The notes: a model not told the origin generated them from the sequence alone. Positions 29,562-39,345 are shown, counted from the stretch's first letter. The stretch is DNA of 64,000 bases from Minisyncoccota bacterium (GCA_031291875.1 JARLIE010000183.1:1356-65355), one strand, 5' to 3'. Numbers and translations: made by a program.

Positions 29562-29633
29562 GGCCCTATCGTCTATCGGCTAGGACGCGACCCTCTCACG
29601 GTCGAAAGCGGGGTTCGATTCCCCGTAGGGTCA
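29562..29633 (+). tRNA. tRNA-Glu (anticodon CTC)
   Basis: Cloverleaf: acceptor GGCCCTA/TAGGGTC, anticodon arm CGACC-CTCTCAC-GGTCG, T-loop GTTCGATT; CCA not encoded. Confidence 0.95.
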
Positions 29634-29750
29634 AAAATTACAACACAACCAAAATTACCGAAGCGACGCTTTGGATGTCATATCTCTTCTTGGCCGTTCT
29701 CTTGTACACAAGATTCCCCGTGGCATACTTTTGAACGGAAGGAGATATAA

Positions 29751-30071
29751 ATGATCAATCAAGCGAAATACTTCGAGCATATCGAACGCCCGGCTGATGC
29801 CGCTCCCGGTGTTCGTGTTGTGGAGTGGCTCATGCTCGCCTACTCTAAAGATGCTCCGGATGGTTGGGAAGAGGTCGTTGTTTTCCGCCCTCTTGATCAG
29901 CATGCTTTTGTGTACAAAATAAAAGGCGGTTGGGACTTCCGACCGCTTACTGAATTTTTACAACGATACCATCCGATCTCAGACGAAAAGAGAATCTCGG
30001 AACTCGAAACTCTTTCGGCGAGTATCTACGATCCCGTCACGTGGGCAGAGTACAGATCGACGACAATCTGA
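29751..30071 (+). CDS. Hypothetical protein, weak DUF1653-like resemblance
   Basis: AAGGAG RBS; TTGTAC-N16-CATACT promoter; EEVVVFRPL...W..RPLTEFL pattern. Confidence 0.6.
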   Translation: MINQAKYFEHIERPADAAPGVRVVEWLMLAYSKDAPDGWEEVVVFRPLDQHAFVYKIKGGWDFRPLTEFLQRYHPISDEKRISELETLSASIYDPVTWAEYRSTTI

Positions 30072-30100
30072 AGAATGCGTAGTCGTCTACGATTCAATAC

Positions 30101-30130
30101 AAAGACATGGTCGTGAGACCATGTCTTTTT
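30101..30130. terminator. Bidirectional terminator
   Basis: AAAGACATGGTC-gtga-GACCATGTCTTT. Confidence 0.8.
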
Positions 30131-30149
30131 AATGATCGCATAGACCGCA

Positions 30150-30899
30150 TCACACCTCGATACGAGTGAAGAAGTAGCTTCCAAGGCCGAGGAAAATCAG
30201 GGCGATTACGAGCAGGACCCCGATGTCGAGCGTCGCGCCGAAATGAGAGGTATTGATCAAGAGTGTTCGCAAGAGATCAACACCATAGGAGAGCGGGTCG
30301 ATCGTCGCAAACACGGTGAGCAAAAGCGGGATGTTGTTGAGCGGAAAGAGTGAACCGGAGAGGAAGAACATCGGCATCACGAGGAAGTTCATAATGAGCT
30401 GGAAGCCCTGCATGTCGGAGAGAAGCGAGGCAACCATAATGCCGAGCGCGGAGAAAAGCGTCGCGATAAGAAACATCGCCAGGATCGCCGGAATAACTAG
30501 AAACCAGTTGTACGGATGGAATCCAAAGAAGAGAGTCAGGATGAATACGATGCAGCCTTGTGCGGTCGCGACAGTCGCGCCACCGAATGTGCGCCCGAGC
30601 ATGATGGCAACTCGCGAAACAGGGGCGACAAGCGTCTCTTTGAGGAAGCCGAATTGGCGATCCCAGATGACGGCCATGCCGTTAAAAATCGAGGTGAAGA
30701 TGATCGTCATGCCGATGATGCCCGGAACGAGAAACTGGATGTAACTTCCCTGCCCGGCAGCCTGAAACACACTGCCAAGACCATACCCGAGCGCGAGCAG
30801 ATAAAAGATCGGCTGCCCGAGCGCGCCGATAATGCGCGATCGTGACCGAGAGAATTTCTTCACCTCGCGAAGCCACATGATGTAGATAGTGCGGAGCAT
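30150..30899 (-). CDS. ABC-2 type permease (DrrB-like)
   Basis: FLVPGIIGM, WDRQFGFLKETLVAPVSR, FFLSGSLFP. Confidence 0.93.
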   Translation of the reverse strand: MLRTIYIMWLREVKKFSRSRSRIIGALGQPIFYLLALGYGLGSVFQAAGQGSYIQFLVPGIIGMTIIFTSIFNGMAVIWDRQFGFLKETLVAPVSRVAIMLGRTFGGATVATAQGCIVFILTLFFGFHPYNWFLVIPAILAMFLIATLFSALGIMVASLLSDMQGFQLIMNFLVMPMFFLSGSLFPLNNIPLLLTVFATIDPLSYGVDLLRTLLINTSHFGATLDIGVLLVIALIFLGLGSYFFTRIEV

Positions 30900-30911
30900 A
30901 TATATGAATGA

Positions 30912-31715
30912 TTATCGCCTACCCCCGCCGCCCCACGCGCGGCCCATTTGACGCAAGTGATCCACCGAAGAGGCGCTTTCGTCGCGGATTTGACTGCCCG
31001 TGAGCGCAAGGAACGCTTCTTCGAGAGATTCTTTGCCCGTTTGCTTCTTCAGCGCATCGCCCGTGCCGGAAGCGATAATCGATCCGTTGTCGATGATCGC
31101 GATCTGATCCGCGTTGCGATCGGCCTCATCCATGTAGTGCGTAGTAAAGAAAACCGTAATTCCCTCCTCCTCGTTCAATTTGCCGAGATATTCCCACATG
31201 TGATTGCGGGTCTGCGGATCGAGGCCGAGCGTCGGTTCATCGAGAAAAATAATTTTCGGATGGTGCAAAAGACCGCGCGCAATTTCCAAACGTCGCTTCA
31301 TGCCTCCTGAAAATTCTTTGACGTAACTGTCTTTGCGTTCGTGGAGATCAACAAACTTCAAAAGCTCCTCAATGCGGGCGCGGCGTTTTTCCTGCGGCAC
31401 GCCATAGAGGACGCCGTGCAATTCCATGTTCTCCCATGCGGTCAAATCTTCGTCGAGCGACGGGTCCTGAAAAACGATGCCGAAGGAATGGCGCACGGCA
31501 TCCGGATCTTTCATCGGATCATGACCGTCGATCATGATCGTCCCCGAGGTCGGGTGCAACAGCGTGGTGAGCATTTTGATAGTGGTCGATTTTCCCGCGC
31601 CGTTGGGGCCGAGAAAGCCGAATGTCTTTCCCTGCTCCACGGTAAACGAGATGCCTTTGACGGCCTCGAATTCGCCGAATGTCTTTTTTAGGTTCTGTAC
31701 TTCAATGATGTTCAT
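30912..31715 (-). CDS. ABC-2 type ATP-binding protein (DrrA-like)
   Basis: GPNGAGKST, FSGGMKRRLEIA, DEPTLGLDPQ, TTHYMDEA. Confidence 0.95.
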   Translation of the reverse strand: MNIIEVQNLKKTFGEFEAVKGISFTVEQGKTFGFLGPNGAGKSTTIKMLTTLLHPTSGTIMIDGHDPMKDPDAVRHSFGIVFQDPSLDEDLTAWENMELHGVLYGVPQEKRRARIEELLKFVDLHERKDSYVKEFSGGMKRRLEIARGLLHHPKIIFLDEPTLGLDPQTRNHMWEYLGKLNEEEGITVFFTTHYMDEADRNADQIAIIDNGSIIASGTGDALKKQTGKESLEEAFLALTGSQIRDESASSVDHLRQMGRAWGGGGRR

Positions 31716-31750
31716 GCGGAAGAAATAGAAGGGCGCGGAAGTGCTCAGTA

Positions 31751-32710
31751 TTATACATTTCCATGAAGATTGTGGGAAGCGGGAACGCGCGGTATTGGCA
31801 AAAGCTCTTTTCCTCCGAGAAGCATTTTCAGAAGCGCCATGCGCACGAGTACCCCGTATCCTGCCTGCTTGAAATACATCGCGTGCGGTGAAGAATCAAC
31901 TTCGCGCTCGATTTCATTCACGCGTGGCAGTGGGTGCATAAGAATCGCCTTCCTTTTCATCGAGTCGACGAGCGAGCGCGTAATAATGAATGAATCCTTA
32001 AGGCGCTCATACTCCTCGACGTCCGGGAAGCGCTCCTTCTGGATTCTTGTCTGATAGACGACATCGGCAGATTTCATGGCTGATGCAAGATTTTCAGTTT
32101 CCGAGAACGCGACATTGTTACGCTTCAAGTACGCCTTGATATCGTCTCCCATTTGCAACTCCGGCGGAGAGACGAAGGTCATCCGAACGTCCTTGAATTT
32201 ACCGAGCAGGTATGAGAGCGAGCGAATCGTTCGACCGAATCGCAGGTCGCCGACACCCGCTATATGGATGCCGTCGACCTTCCCCAATTCGCGTTCGATG
32301 GTGTACAGATCGAGAAGCGCTTGCGTGGGGTGCTGGCCCGCGCCGTCCCCCGCGTTGATGATCGGGATCTGCGAAACCTGCGCTGCATGCAGTGCCGAGC
32401 CCGCCTCGAAATGGCGAAGTACGATCACATCGGCATACTGATTGACGATCTTGATCGTATCCTCCAGTGTTTCTCCCTTCATTGCCGAAGAGGCTTCGCG
32501 TGCATTCTCTGTCGATATCACACCGCCTCCGAGGCGAGTCATCGCCGATTCAAACGATAGCCGGGTGCGCGTCGATGGTTCATAAAAAAGCGTCGCCATC
32601 ACTTTGCCTCGGAGCGAGTCGTCGGGAGCTGTTTGGAGCTGTGTCGCGAGCGCAAACAACTTCTCGATCGTCTTGCGATCGAACTGCTGCGAGCGGATCA
32701 CGTGCTGCAT
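31751..32710 (-). CDS. pyrB: Aspartate carbamoyltransferase catalytic subunit
   Basis: FYEPSTRTRLSF, KGETLEDT, HPTQALLD, TRIQKER, MHPLPR; start moved to ATG 32710. Confidence 0.96.
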   Translation of the reverse strand: MQHVIRSQQFDRKTIEKLFALATQLQTAPDDSLRGKVMATLFYEPSTRTRLSFESAMTRLGGGVISTENAREASSAMKGETLEDTIKIVNQYADVIVLRHFEAGSALHAAQVSQIPIINAGDGAGQHPTQALLDLYTIERELGKVDGIHIAGVGDLRFGRTIRSLSYLLGKFKDVRMTFVSPPELQMGDDIKAYLKRNNVAFSETENLASAMKSADVVYQTRIQKERFPDVEEYERLKDSFIITRSLVDSMKRKAILMHPLPRVNEIEREVDSSPHAMYFKQAGYGVLVRMALLKMLLGGKELLPIPRVPASHNLHGNV

Positions 32711-32763
32711 CAAGGTCACTCTAGCACAAAAAGAAGCGGCGCCCGTGAGGGCGCCGCCGCGCA

Positions 32764-32913
32764 TCAGAGAGGATTTCTCCCCTGGATGATTCTGATTAGC
32801 ACCAGAACGACCGCAATCACGAGCAGGATGTGGATGAATCCGCCGATGGTGTACGACGTGACGAGCCCCAGCAACCACAAAATAACCAGTATCGCCGCGA
32901 TAGTTAGTAGCAT
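32764..32913 (-). CDS. lmo0937-family (DUF5670) small membrane protein, 49 aa
   Basis: Manual translation MLLTIAAILVILWLLGLVTSYTIGGFIHILLVIAVVLVLIRIIQGRNPL. Confidence 0.88.
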   Translation of the reverse strand: MLLTIAAILVILWLLGLVTSYTIGGFIHILLVIAVVLVLIRIIQGRNPL

Positions 32914-32950
32914 ACGAGCTTCATTAACCGATAAGCGTCTTATTGTCCCG

Positions 32951-33613
32951 CTAGTTGGGTGAAGCCTCCATGAAGACGCGCGGACCGGTGCAGCCGAGGT
33001 GCGCCCGATCGTTCCACGTTACGATCTTCCACCTCTTTGTCTCATACTCGGCTTTTGTGATGCCAGTATTCGACGTGAAAAAAACACGGTCGATTGCGCG
33101 GAACAATTCCGGCGTTACACTCTCTCTTGCAGACATTGTGCAAAGCAACATCTTAAGGAACGTGCCGTGCGAAACCACGACGATCGAACTTTCCGGCCTT
33201 CGCTCAAGAAATTCGATAGCTTGAAGCGCGCGCGCTTTGAGATCGTGGAAATTTTCTTCGTCCTGATGGCGCTCGGTCGGATGCGTCCATAACCCGCGAA
33301 GAATTTCGATGACGTCCTGTGCTTTGGCGTCGACATACGACAAACCTCGGATCACGGAAGGCCGCAAGTGCTCATGGAACAATGCGGATTGCTCGACCGG
33401 CGTTCCGACTTTCTCTGCGATCGCGGTCGCCGTTTGTACGGCACGCGTCATGTCACTCGAAATAATCGCTTCTACGTGTATGTTCTCGAATCGGTGCGCG
33501 AGCTCTTGCGCCTGGTGCTCGCCAGTATTCGAAAGGGGCGTCTCGGCGAACTGGAACACTCCCTTTTCGTTGAATTCAGTAGAACCGTGTCGAACGAAAT
33601 AGAAGGTTTTCAT
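32951..33613 (-). CDS. Histidine phosphatase (phosphoglycerate mutase-like) family
   Basis: FVRHG, SSDMTRAVQTA, VVSHG. Confidence 0.92.
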   Translation of the reverse strand: MKTFYFVRHGSTEFNEKGVFQFAETPLSNTGEHQAQELAHRFENIHVEAIISSDMTRAVQTATAIAEKVGTPVEQSALFHEHLRPSVIRGLSYVDAKAQDVIEILRGLWTHPTERHQDEENFHDLKARALQAIEFLERRPESSIVVVSHGTFLKMLLCTMSARESVTPELFRAIDRVFFTSNTGITKAEYETKRWKIVTWNDRAHLGCTGPRVFMEASPN

Positions 33614-33685
33614 GTATCCTTTGTCGAATACGTGCATCCTAGCACGTGGCGGTAGCTGTCAAAAAATGGTATTTCTATAAGTATT

Positions 33686-36241
33686 ATGGCCAAAAAAAGC
33701 GTCCGTCTCTCACCTGATGTTATCCCTCAAAAGTACGATCTCCACTTACAACCGGACTTCACCGCCTTTACCTTCGAAGGAAGCGAAACCATTCATATCC
33801 AACTCAAGAAGCCGACAAAATCGATCACGCTGCATGCGATAGAACTTGAAATCACATCTGCACAAGCTCTGGTAAAAAACAGAAACACGACAGCGTACAA
33901 AATTTCATACGATAAGAAAAAGGAGACAGTAACACTGCAGTTCAAGGACTCGCTTCCGAAGGGTGCGATTGCGCTCAACCTCGCGTTTCGCGGGATCTTG
34001 AACGACCGTATGCATGGCTTTTATCGCAGCAGCTACGTCGTGGATGGAAAAACAAAGTACCTCGCGACGACCCAGTTCGAGTCCAACGACGCGCGTCGTG
34101 CATTCCCTTGCTTCGATGAGCCCGCCCAGAAGGCGATCTTCGAAGTTTCGCTCACCGCGCCCGCAGAATACGAGATCGTTTCGAATACGATCGATGTCGA
34201 AACCCAGCTCCACCCAAACGGCACGAAAACGGTGAAATTTGAACCGAGTCCGAAGATGTCGACCTACCTGCTCGCATTCATTGTCGGTGAACTTGAGCAC
34301 GTAGAGCGCCACAGCGAAGATGGCGTACTCGTTCGCGTCTTTACGACCCCAGGCAAAAAACATCAGGCTGAATTCGCGCTCGATTGCGCCGCCAAAGTGA
34401 TCTCGTTTTTCAATGCCTATTTCGATATTCCGTATCCCCTCCCCGTTTTGGATTTGATCGCGATCCCCGACTTCGCCGCAGGCGCGATGGAAAACTGGGG
34501 CGCTATCACGTACCGGGAATCTGCACTTCTTGTCGACCCGGAACATTCCTCGCGAATGAACAAGCAGTGGGTTGCGCTCGTGATTGGTCACGAGATCGCG
34601 CACCAATGGTTCGGCAACCTCGTTACCATGGAATGGTGGACGCACCTGTGGCTCAACGAAGGCTTCGCCTCGTACATCGAATATCTCGCGGTCGATCACC
34701 TGTTTCCGGAGTGGGATATTTGGACGCAGTTTCTGGACGCGGATTTTGGTCGCGCGCTTTATGCTGATGGTCTCAAGCATACGCACCCGATCGAGGTTGA
34801 GGTGCACGATCCGGCGGAAATCGCGGTCGTGTTCGACGCCGTCAGTTATTCCAAAGGCTCTAGCATCATCCGCATGCTTGCCGAATACCTCGGCGAAGAA
34901 GCGTTTCGCGACGGCCTTCGCCACTATTTAAAGCAACACTCCTACGGCAATACCGAGACGGAGGATCTCTGGCATGCACTCGAGCATGTATCGGGAAAAC
35001 CCGTCGCCGCCATGATGGCGAAATGGACCGCGAAAGCGGGCTATCCCTTACTTACGATTTCCGAAAAAAATGCTTCGTACGAAATTCGCCAATCACGATT
35101 TTTCGCGAGCCCGATTTCCGAAAAAGAAACGCTCGACTCGACCGCTTGGTCGGTTCCGCTCAGTATCGTAAAACCTGACGGTGTCGGTCATGCGGGGCTT
35201 ATGACCGCTCGCACAACTCGTATTCCAAAGGGCAACGAAGCGTGGATCAAAGTCAACGCCAACGAGACGGCGTTCCATCGAACGCTCTATCCTGAGCAAA
35301 TGCTTGCAGCGTTCGAAGGACCCATTAAAAACAAACAGCTGCACACGAGAGATCGGCTCGGGCTTATCCGCGACGTGCTGGAAGTCACGGAAACAGGCAA
35401 GCTTTCGAGCGTGCATGGCATGGCGTTCGTTCGTCACTTTGTGGACGAAACGGAGTACGTTGTCTGGACACAGATCGCCTCTGGACTTGCGAAGCTCCGC
35501 TCGCTCGTCGCACGTGAGCCGTTTTCTCCCGCATTCGATGCCTACGCGCTCGGTATTTTTGCAGGTATCGGCAAACAACTCGGCTGGGATGCAAAACCCA
35601 AGGATCACGCGCAGGCACTCCTCAAGGTACTTGTCCTGGAATCGCTTGGCCGCTACGGTGACAAAAAAGTCATCGCGCACGCCAAAGCACTCTTTGCGAA
35701 AGTATCGGAAAAGAAAAATCCGATTCCGGCCGATCTTCGTGGTGTCGTCTATGCGACGGTTGCAAGGCATGGCACCAAAGCAGATTATGCGAAGCTTTTG
35801 CGCCTCTACAAAGCATCGACGTTGCATGAGGAAAAAAATCGCATCGGCCGCGCGCTCGGACTCTTTTCGCAAAAAGAGCTGTTGCAAAAAACCCTTGAAT
35901 TCTCGATTTCATCCGGCGTGCGTTCGCAAGACTGCGTTCGTATGATCGGCCCGGTCAGTGTCAATCCAAACGGCCGCGATCTTGCATGGCGCTTCGTTAA
36001 GAAGAATTGGGGCATGTTTATAGATCGCTATACCGGCACCCGCGAACTCTCGTATTTGCTGGAACCATTCGGCGTTGCGGCATCGCAGGCGTGGGCAAGC
36101 GAAATCAAGCAGTTCTTAAAAAAACACCCTGCTCCGGGCACCGAGCGTACCGTCCAGCAGGTCCTGGAGCGTATTTACTCCAACACTGCGTGGCTCGCCC
36201 GTGACAAGACAAGTATCCGAGATTTTCTGAAACGAAACTAA
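33686..36241 (+). CDS. pepN: M1 family aminopeptidase
   Basis: GAMENWG, HEIAHQWFGN...LNEGFA, YSKG, ERAP1-like C-terminus. Confidence 0.93.
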   Translation: MAKKSVRLSPDVIPQKYDLHLQPDFTAFTFEGSETIHIQLKKPTKSITLHAIELEITSAQALVKNRNTTAYKISYDKKKETVTLQFKDSLPKGAIALNLAFRGILNDRMHGFYRSSYVVDGKTKYLATTQFESNDARRAFPCFDEPAQKAIFEVSLTAPAEYEIVSNTIDVETQLHPNGTKTVKFEPSPKMSTYLLAFIVGELEHVERHSEDGVLVRVFTTPGKKHQAEFALDCAAKVISFFNAYFDIPYPLPVLDLIAIPDFAAGAMENWGAITYRESALLVDPEHSSRMNKQWVALVIGHEIAHQWFGNLVTMEWWTHLWLNEGFASYIEYLAVDHLFPEWDIWTQFLDADFGRALYADGLKHTHPIEVEVHDPAEIAVVFDAVSYSKGSSIIRMLAEYLGEEAFRDGLRHYLKQHSYGNTETEDLWHALEHVSGKPVAAMMAKWTAKAGYPLLTISEKNASYEIRQSRFFASPISEKETLDSTAWSVPLSIVKPDGVGHAGLMTARTTRIPKGNEAWIKVNANETAFHRTLYPEQMLAAFEGPIKNKQLHTRDRLGLIRDVLEVTETGKLSSVHGMAFVRHFVDETEYVVWTQIASGLAKLRSLVAREPFSPAFDAYALGIFAGIGKQLGWDAKPKDHAQALLKVLVLESLGRYGDKKVIAHAKALFAKVSEKKNPIPADLRGVVYATVARHGTKADYAKLLRLYKASTLHEEKNRIGRALGLFSQKELLQKTLEFSISSGVRSQDCVRMIGPVSVNPNGRDLAWRFVKKNWGMFIDRYTGTRELSYLLEPFGVAASQAWASEIKQFLKKHPAPGTERTVQQVLERIYSNTAWLARDKTSIRDFLKRN

Positions 36242-36242
36242 C

Positions 36243-36269
36243 AAACAACCGGCCAGTGGCCGGTTGTTT
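36243..36269. terminator. Bidirectional terminator
   Basis: AAACAACCGGCC-agt-GGCCGGTTGTTT. Confidence 0.7.
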
Positions 36270-36287
36270 GCAGCGGATACCTGACTA

Positions 36288-37007
36288 TTATTTTGTGTTC
36301 ACTGTTCCAGCAGCGGAAGCTGACGTCGATGCGGATGCATGCACGCTTGCCATCGCCGAGGTGATTGCAGAAACGAGCTGTGCTTGCTGCGCCGCAGTAA
36401 GCTTGGCAGATGCAGTGGCGTCTCCCAAGACAGCATCTACATTGGCCTTCACCTTGGTCTGGAGGTTGGTCTCATTTGAGGCCGCAAGGAAGTTCCACCA
36501 CGGTTCCGTGATCGTGACGTTGCCGCTTGCATCGGTTGTCGCCGTTGTTTCGATACTGACCGGAACGATACCGAGGAAGAGAGCCGGTTCACGGTAGGTT
36601 ACCGCAACATGGTCTGAGGCCGTATCGACACCAGAGAGATTTGCGTCGATGCGCAATTGCTGCGAGACAAAACTCGAAAGATCACTTCGCGTGCCGACGT
36701 TGCCAGCCGAGATCTGTACGGGATTCGCCGAAACAGAGGCATGAGTAACCACGAGCGGAATCGCAAGATCATCCTGTGCACTAGCACCCTCGTTCATGTC
36801 TGCGCCCTCGGATGCGCTGGTAGAGCCTTCGCTATTGGATGACGCGTTTACTGCGGTATCGAGATTGACGCCGACGCCAACATGGTTGCCCACGTGCACA
36901 TCGGCAGCGCCGTCGACTCCCGTGGAAACAGAGAGTGCAAGGGCCGGCGTAGCGCTAAGGAGCGCAATGGTAGAAAGAACAGTAGAAATACTCTTGATAT
37001 AAGCCAT
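36288..37007 (-). CDS. Secreted Ala/Ser-rich hypothetical protein
   Basis: Signal peptide (ALA); FLGIVPV...EPWWNFLA motif. Confidence 0.8.
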   Translation of the reverse strand: MAYIKSISTVLSTIALLSATPALALSVSTGVDGAADVHVGNHVGVGVNLDTAVNASSNSEGSTSASEGADMNEGASAQDDLAIPLVVTHASVSANPVQISAGNVGTRSDLSSFVSQQLRIDANLSGVDTASDHVAVTYREPALFLGIVPVSIETTATTDASGNVTITEPWWNFLAASNETNLQTKVKANVDAVLGDATASAKLTAAQQAQLVSAITSAMASVHASASTSASAAGTVNTK

Positions 37008-37095
37008 ATGAGCGTTTTATCGTAATAATCGGCGAAACGGTATTGTCCCGCTTCGTACAGTATTGACGTACGCTCATGAAGGTTCTTTCAGGGCT

Positions 37096-37782
37096 CTATT
37101 TTCCTTGATTGTATGCGTTTGCTTCTGTTTGGAGTGCGGCGCTCAATGCGTTTTGATCGACCGTACCCGATCCCGAAACGGTGCTCGCGAGCTGCGAGGT
37201 AAACATACTCCCGCCTCCGTCCCCGATCACGAGAAATTTGGTTGTCGAAAGCGGAATAATCGTGGTGTCGAAGCGGGCGCCGCTTTGTAGCATCGGCAAG
37301 CCGCCGATCGTCGTTCTCGAAACATCAGCAGTCGTCGTCGCACTCTTCCCTGTCGGAGAGCCTTCGGGGAACGCGGTCATCCATTTGCCTGCACTTGCAT
37401 CGTAGAAATATTTGGTTTGCGCGATCGGGCTCGCGTGTCCGTTCGGTTCGTCGGTGATTGTGCTTGCGGGAGAATACACAACCGCAATGTAGGTACCGCC
37501 CTGCTCGCCAACCTGCAATTTGGCGATTTCAGTTCCGCCCGGGAACGCTTTTGTATCGTTGGTAGTCGTCGCGGTAATCGCGATCGAGCTCGGATACCAG
37601 AACGAGAATCCGTTGGCAGTGTCAGTGTAGTGCGTCATGCCATACGTCTGCGCCGGGGTCGTGTCGCTCGTGCTTGTCGAGGTCGTGACGGGAGTCGATG
37701 CCGACATAGTGGAACTCGTCCACAAGTACCATCCGCCGCCGATAAGAATTAGTAAAACGATAATCGAGATAGGCCATTTCAT
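37096..37782 (-). CDS. Membrane-anchored extracellular hypothetical protein (PsbP-like YTD...FSFWYP start)
   Basis: N-terminal TM, Thr-rich linker. Confidence 0.75.
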   Translation of the reverse strand: MKWPISIIVLLILIGGGWYLWTSSTMSASTPVTTSTSTSDTTPAQTYGMTHYTDTANGFSFWYPSSIAITATTTNDTKAFPGGTEIAKLQVGEQGGTYIAVVYSPASTITDEPNGHASPIAQTKYFYDASAGKWMTAFPEGSPTGKSATTTADVSRTTIGGLPMLQSGARFDTTIIPLSTTKFLVIGDGGGSMFTSQLASTVSGSGTVDQNALSAALQTEANAYNQGK

Positions 37783-37888
37783 ATGTGTCCATAGTACTCC
37801 ATGCGCAGGTATTCACAATGAGGACGCATAAAACAAAAACGCCCGCATTCGGGCGTTTTTGCACTGTCGAAGAATCGACAGGGGTGCT

Positions 37889-38683
37889 CTACTGCGTCGA
37901 AACACTGCTCGCTGCGGAAGTGGTTACCTTCCACGACGAGATTGTTTTAACGATGCTTCCTGCGTCCTGACGAGCAGTTTTCAAATCGCTCATCGCTGTC
38001 TGGATGTCCTTTTGTGCGCTCTGAAGCGCGGTCTTGTTGGAGGCCTGGACACTGGCGCTTCCCTGGTCGGGCTGCAAAGCGGCGACGAGAGAAACGGCCG
38101 CTTGCGCCTGCGCGTTCGCGTCGGAAACCTTCGCATTCATGTCGGAGAGCGAAGCGTTCACCTGCGTCGTGTCGGTTCCTGCAGGCGCTTGCGAGATGCG
38201 AGTCTGCAATTTTGCCGCGAACTGCGTGTAGGTCGTTGTGAGCGTCTGTACCTTATCGGCGGCAACTTCAATGCGACCCTGCGGGATCACAAGCATAAAG
38301 ACGCGGTATCCCTGCGCGATCGACTGAATGTCGGTCTTAAGCGTGGCCGTGTCCGTGTCCGCGTCGATCTTCGCCTTGAGCGAGGTGAGATTCGAGATTT
38401 CTGTTTGTACACTGGTCGAAATCGCGCTCTTCTCGCCAGTAGATACTTTCGTCATCGCCTGGACTTTTGTGTTCAAGTCATTGAGCGCGCTGATGCGACG
38501 CTCGATTTCCTGATCCGCGCGCGCGATGGCCGTCGTGATGCGAGCCTGCACGTTTGCAGAAACGGTCGTCGAGCCGACGTTGGCGCGTACGGAAGCGCCG
38601 ACTGAAGCCGTAAGGGCCGAAGCCGGGGCCGCAATCAAGAGCGAACCGATTGCGAGAGCAGCGATAGGTTTAATCGAGTTCAT
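37889..38683 (-). CDS. Secreted alpha-helical/coiled-coil hypothetical protein
   Basis: Signal peptide from ATG 38683; RADQEIERRI motif, heptad-rich. Confidence 0.8.
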   Translation of the reverse strand: MNSIKPIAALAIGSLLIAAPASALTASVGASVRANVGSTTVSANVQARITTAIARADQEIERRISALNDLNTKVQAMTKVSTGEKSAISTSVQTEISNLTSLKAKIDADTDTATLKTDIQSIAQGYRVFMLVIPQGRIEVAADKVQTLTTTYTQFAAKLQTRISQAPAGTDTTQVNASLSDMNAKVSDANAQAQAAVSLVAALQPDQGSASVQASNKTALQSAQKDIQTAMSDLKTARQDAGSIVKTISSWKVTTSAASSVSTQ

Positions 38684-38684
38684 A

Positions 38685-38993
38685 TTAGAATTGAGATTGC
38701 TGAACCGGCTGATCATTGAAGCTCTGCCCGGCCGAAGCCGAAGCCGAGTTCGCGTCGGTCGTTTGCGAATCGATCGCGGTGAGATCCGCGTTCAAATCCG
38801 CATTGGAGCTGCCGCTCGAGACCGAGCCCTGCGATGTCGCTTGAGTACCCTGCGAAACCGTCGTCGAAGTGCCGGTGGTTTGACTCGTCGTTGCCGGCGT
38901 AGCGCTCGAATTTTGAGACTGCTCCCACCAGTACCAGATTCCGGCGATAACGACCAGAATCACGACGATCCACACGACTGTCTTTGTGGACAT
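38685..38993 (-). CDS. Membrane-anchored Ser/Thr-rich hypothetical protein
   Basis: TM segment ending WYWW; stop 1 nt before the next start. Confidence 0.75.
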   Translation of the reverse strand: MSTKTVVWIVVILVVIAGIWYWWEQSQNSSATPATTSQTTGTSTTVSQGTQATSQGSVSSGSSNADLNADLTAIDSQTTDANSASASAGQSFNDQPVQQSQF

Positions 38994-39092
38994 AATAGAG
39001 AAGAAAAATAAACGAATAAAACCCCCTGCAATGCTACTGCGTCGCCTAGTGGGGCGCAATGGACGAGATACACGAAGGTGGATAAGCGATAT

Positions 39093-39121
39093 TTGACATA
39101 TAATATATTGAGTATCATAAT
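39093..39121 (+). promoter_or_regulatory. Near-consensus sigma70 promoter
   Basis: TTGACA-N17-CATAAT. Confidence 0.75.
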
Positions 39122-39165
39122 GCGCACAGCGGGTCTATCCGCCGATCGAAGATCAGGAGGACGAC

Positions 39166-39345
39166 ATGTTCGAAAAGCTTTGCGACTTTCTTGAAGCCCG
39201 CCCCAAGGCCAACAGGGCATTCGCCTTTGTGGGAGGTCTCGCCGTCACCGTCGTCATTTTCCTCGCACTTGGCTACGGCCAGAGCGTATCCATGCAAGAG
39301 GCACTTGCCGCGGCCAACCAGCATACGGTCCTTGCGAACCGGTGA
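39166..39345 (+). CDS. Small single-TM protein (59 aa)
   Basis: Manual translation MFEKLCDFLEARPKANRAFAFVGGLAVTVVIFLALGYG...; AGGAGG RBS, own promoter, terminator at 39363-39392. Confidence 0.7.
   Translation: MFEKLCDFLEARPKANRAFAFVGGLAVTVVIFLALGYGQSVSMQEALAAANQHTVLANR

Noticed and set aside
29617-29721. GATTCCCCGT repeated in the tRNA-Glu 3' half and 95 bp downstream (possible att remnant)
   Set aside because: Only 10 bp, does not include the tRNA 3' end, encloses no gene, and there is no integrase; chance is plausible.
29739-29753. AAGGAGATATA resembling the T7/pET vector RBS
   Set aside because: Flanks show no vector sequence; it is simply a strong SD with an A/T spacer.
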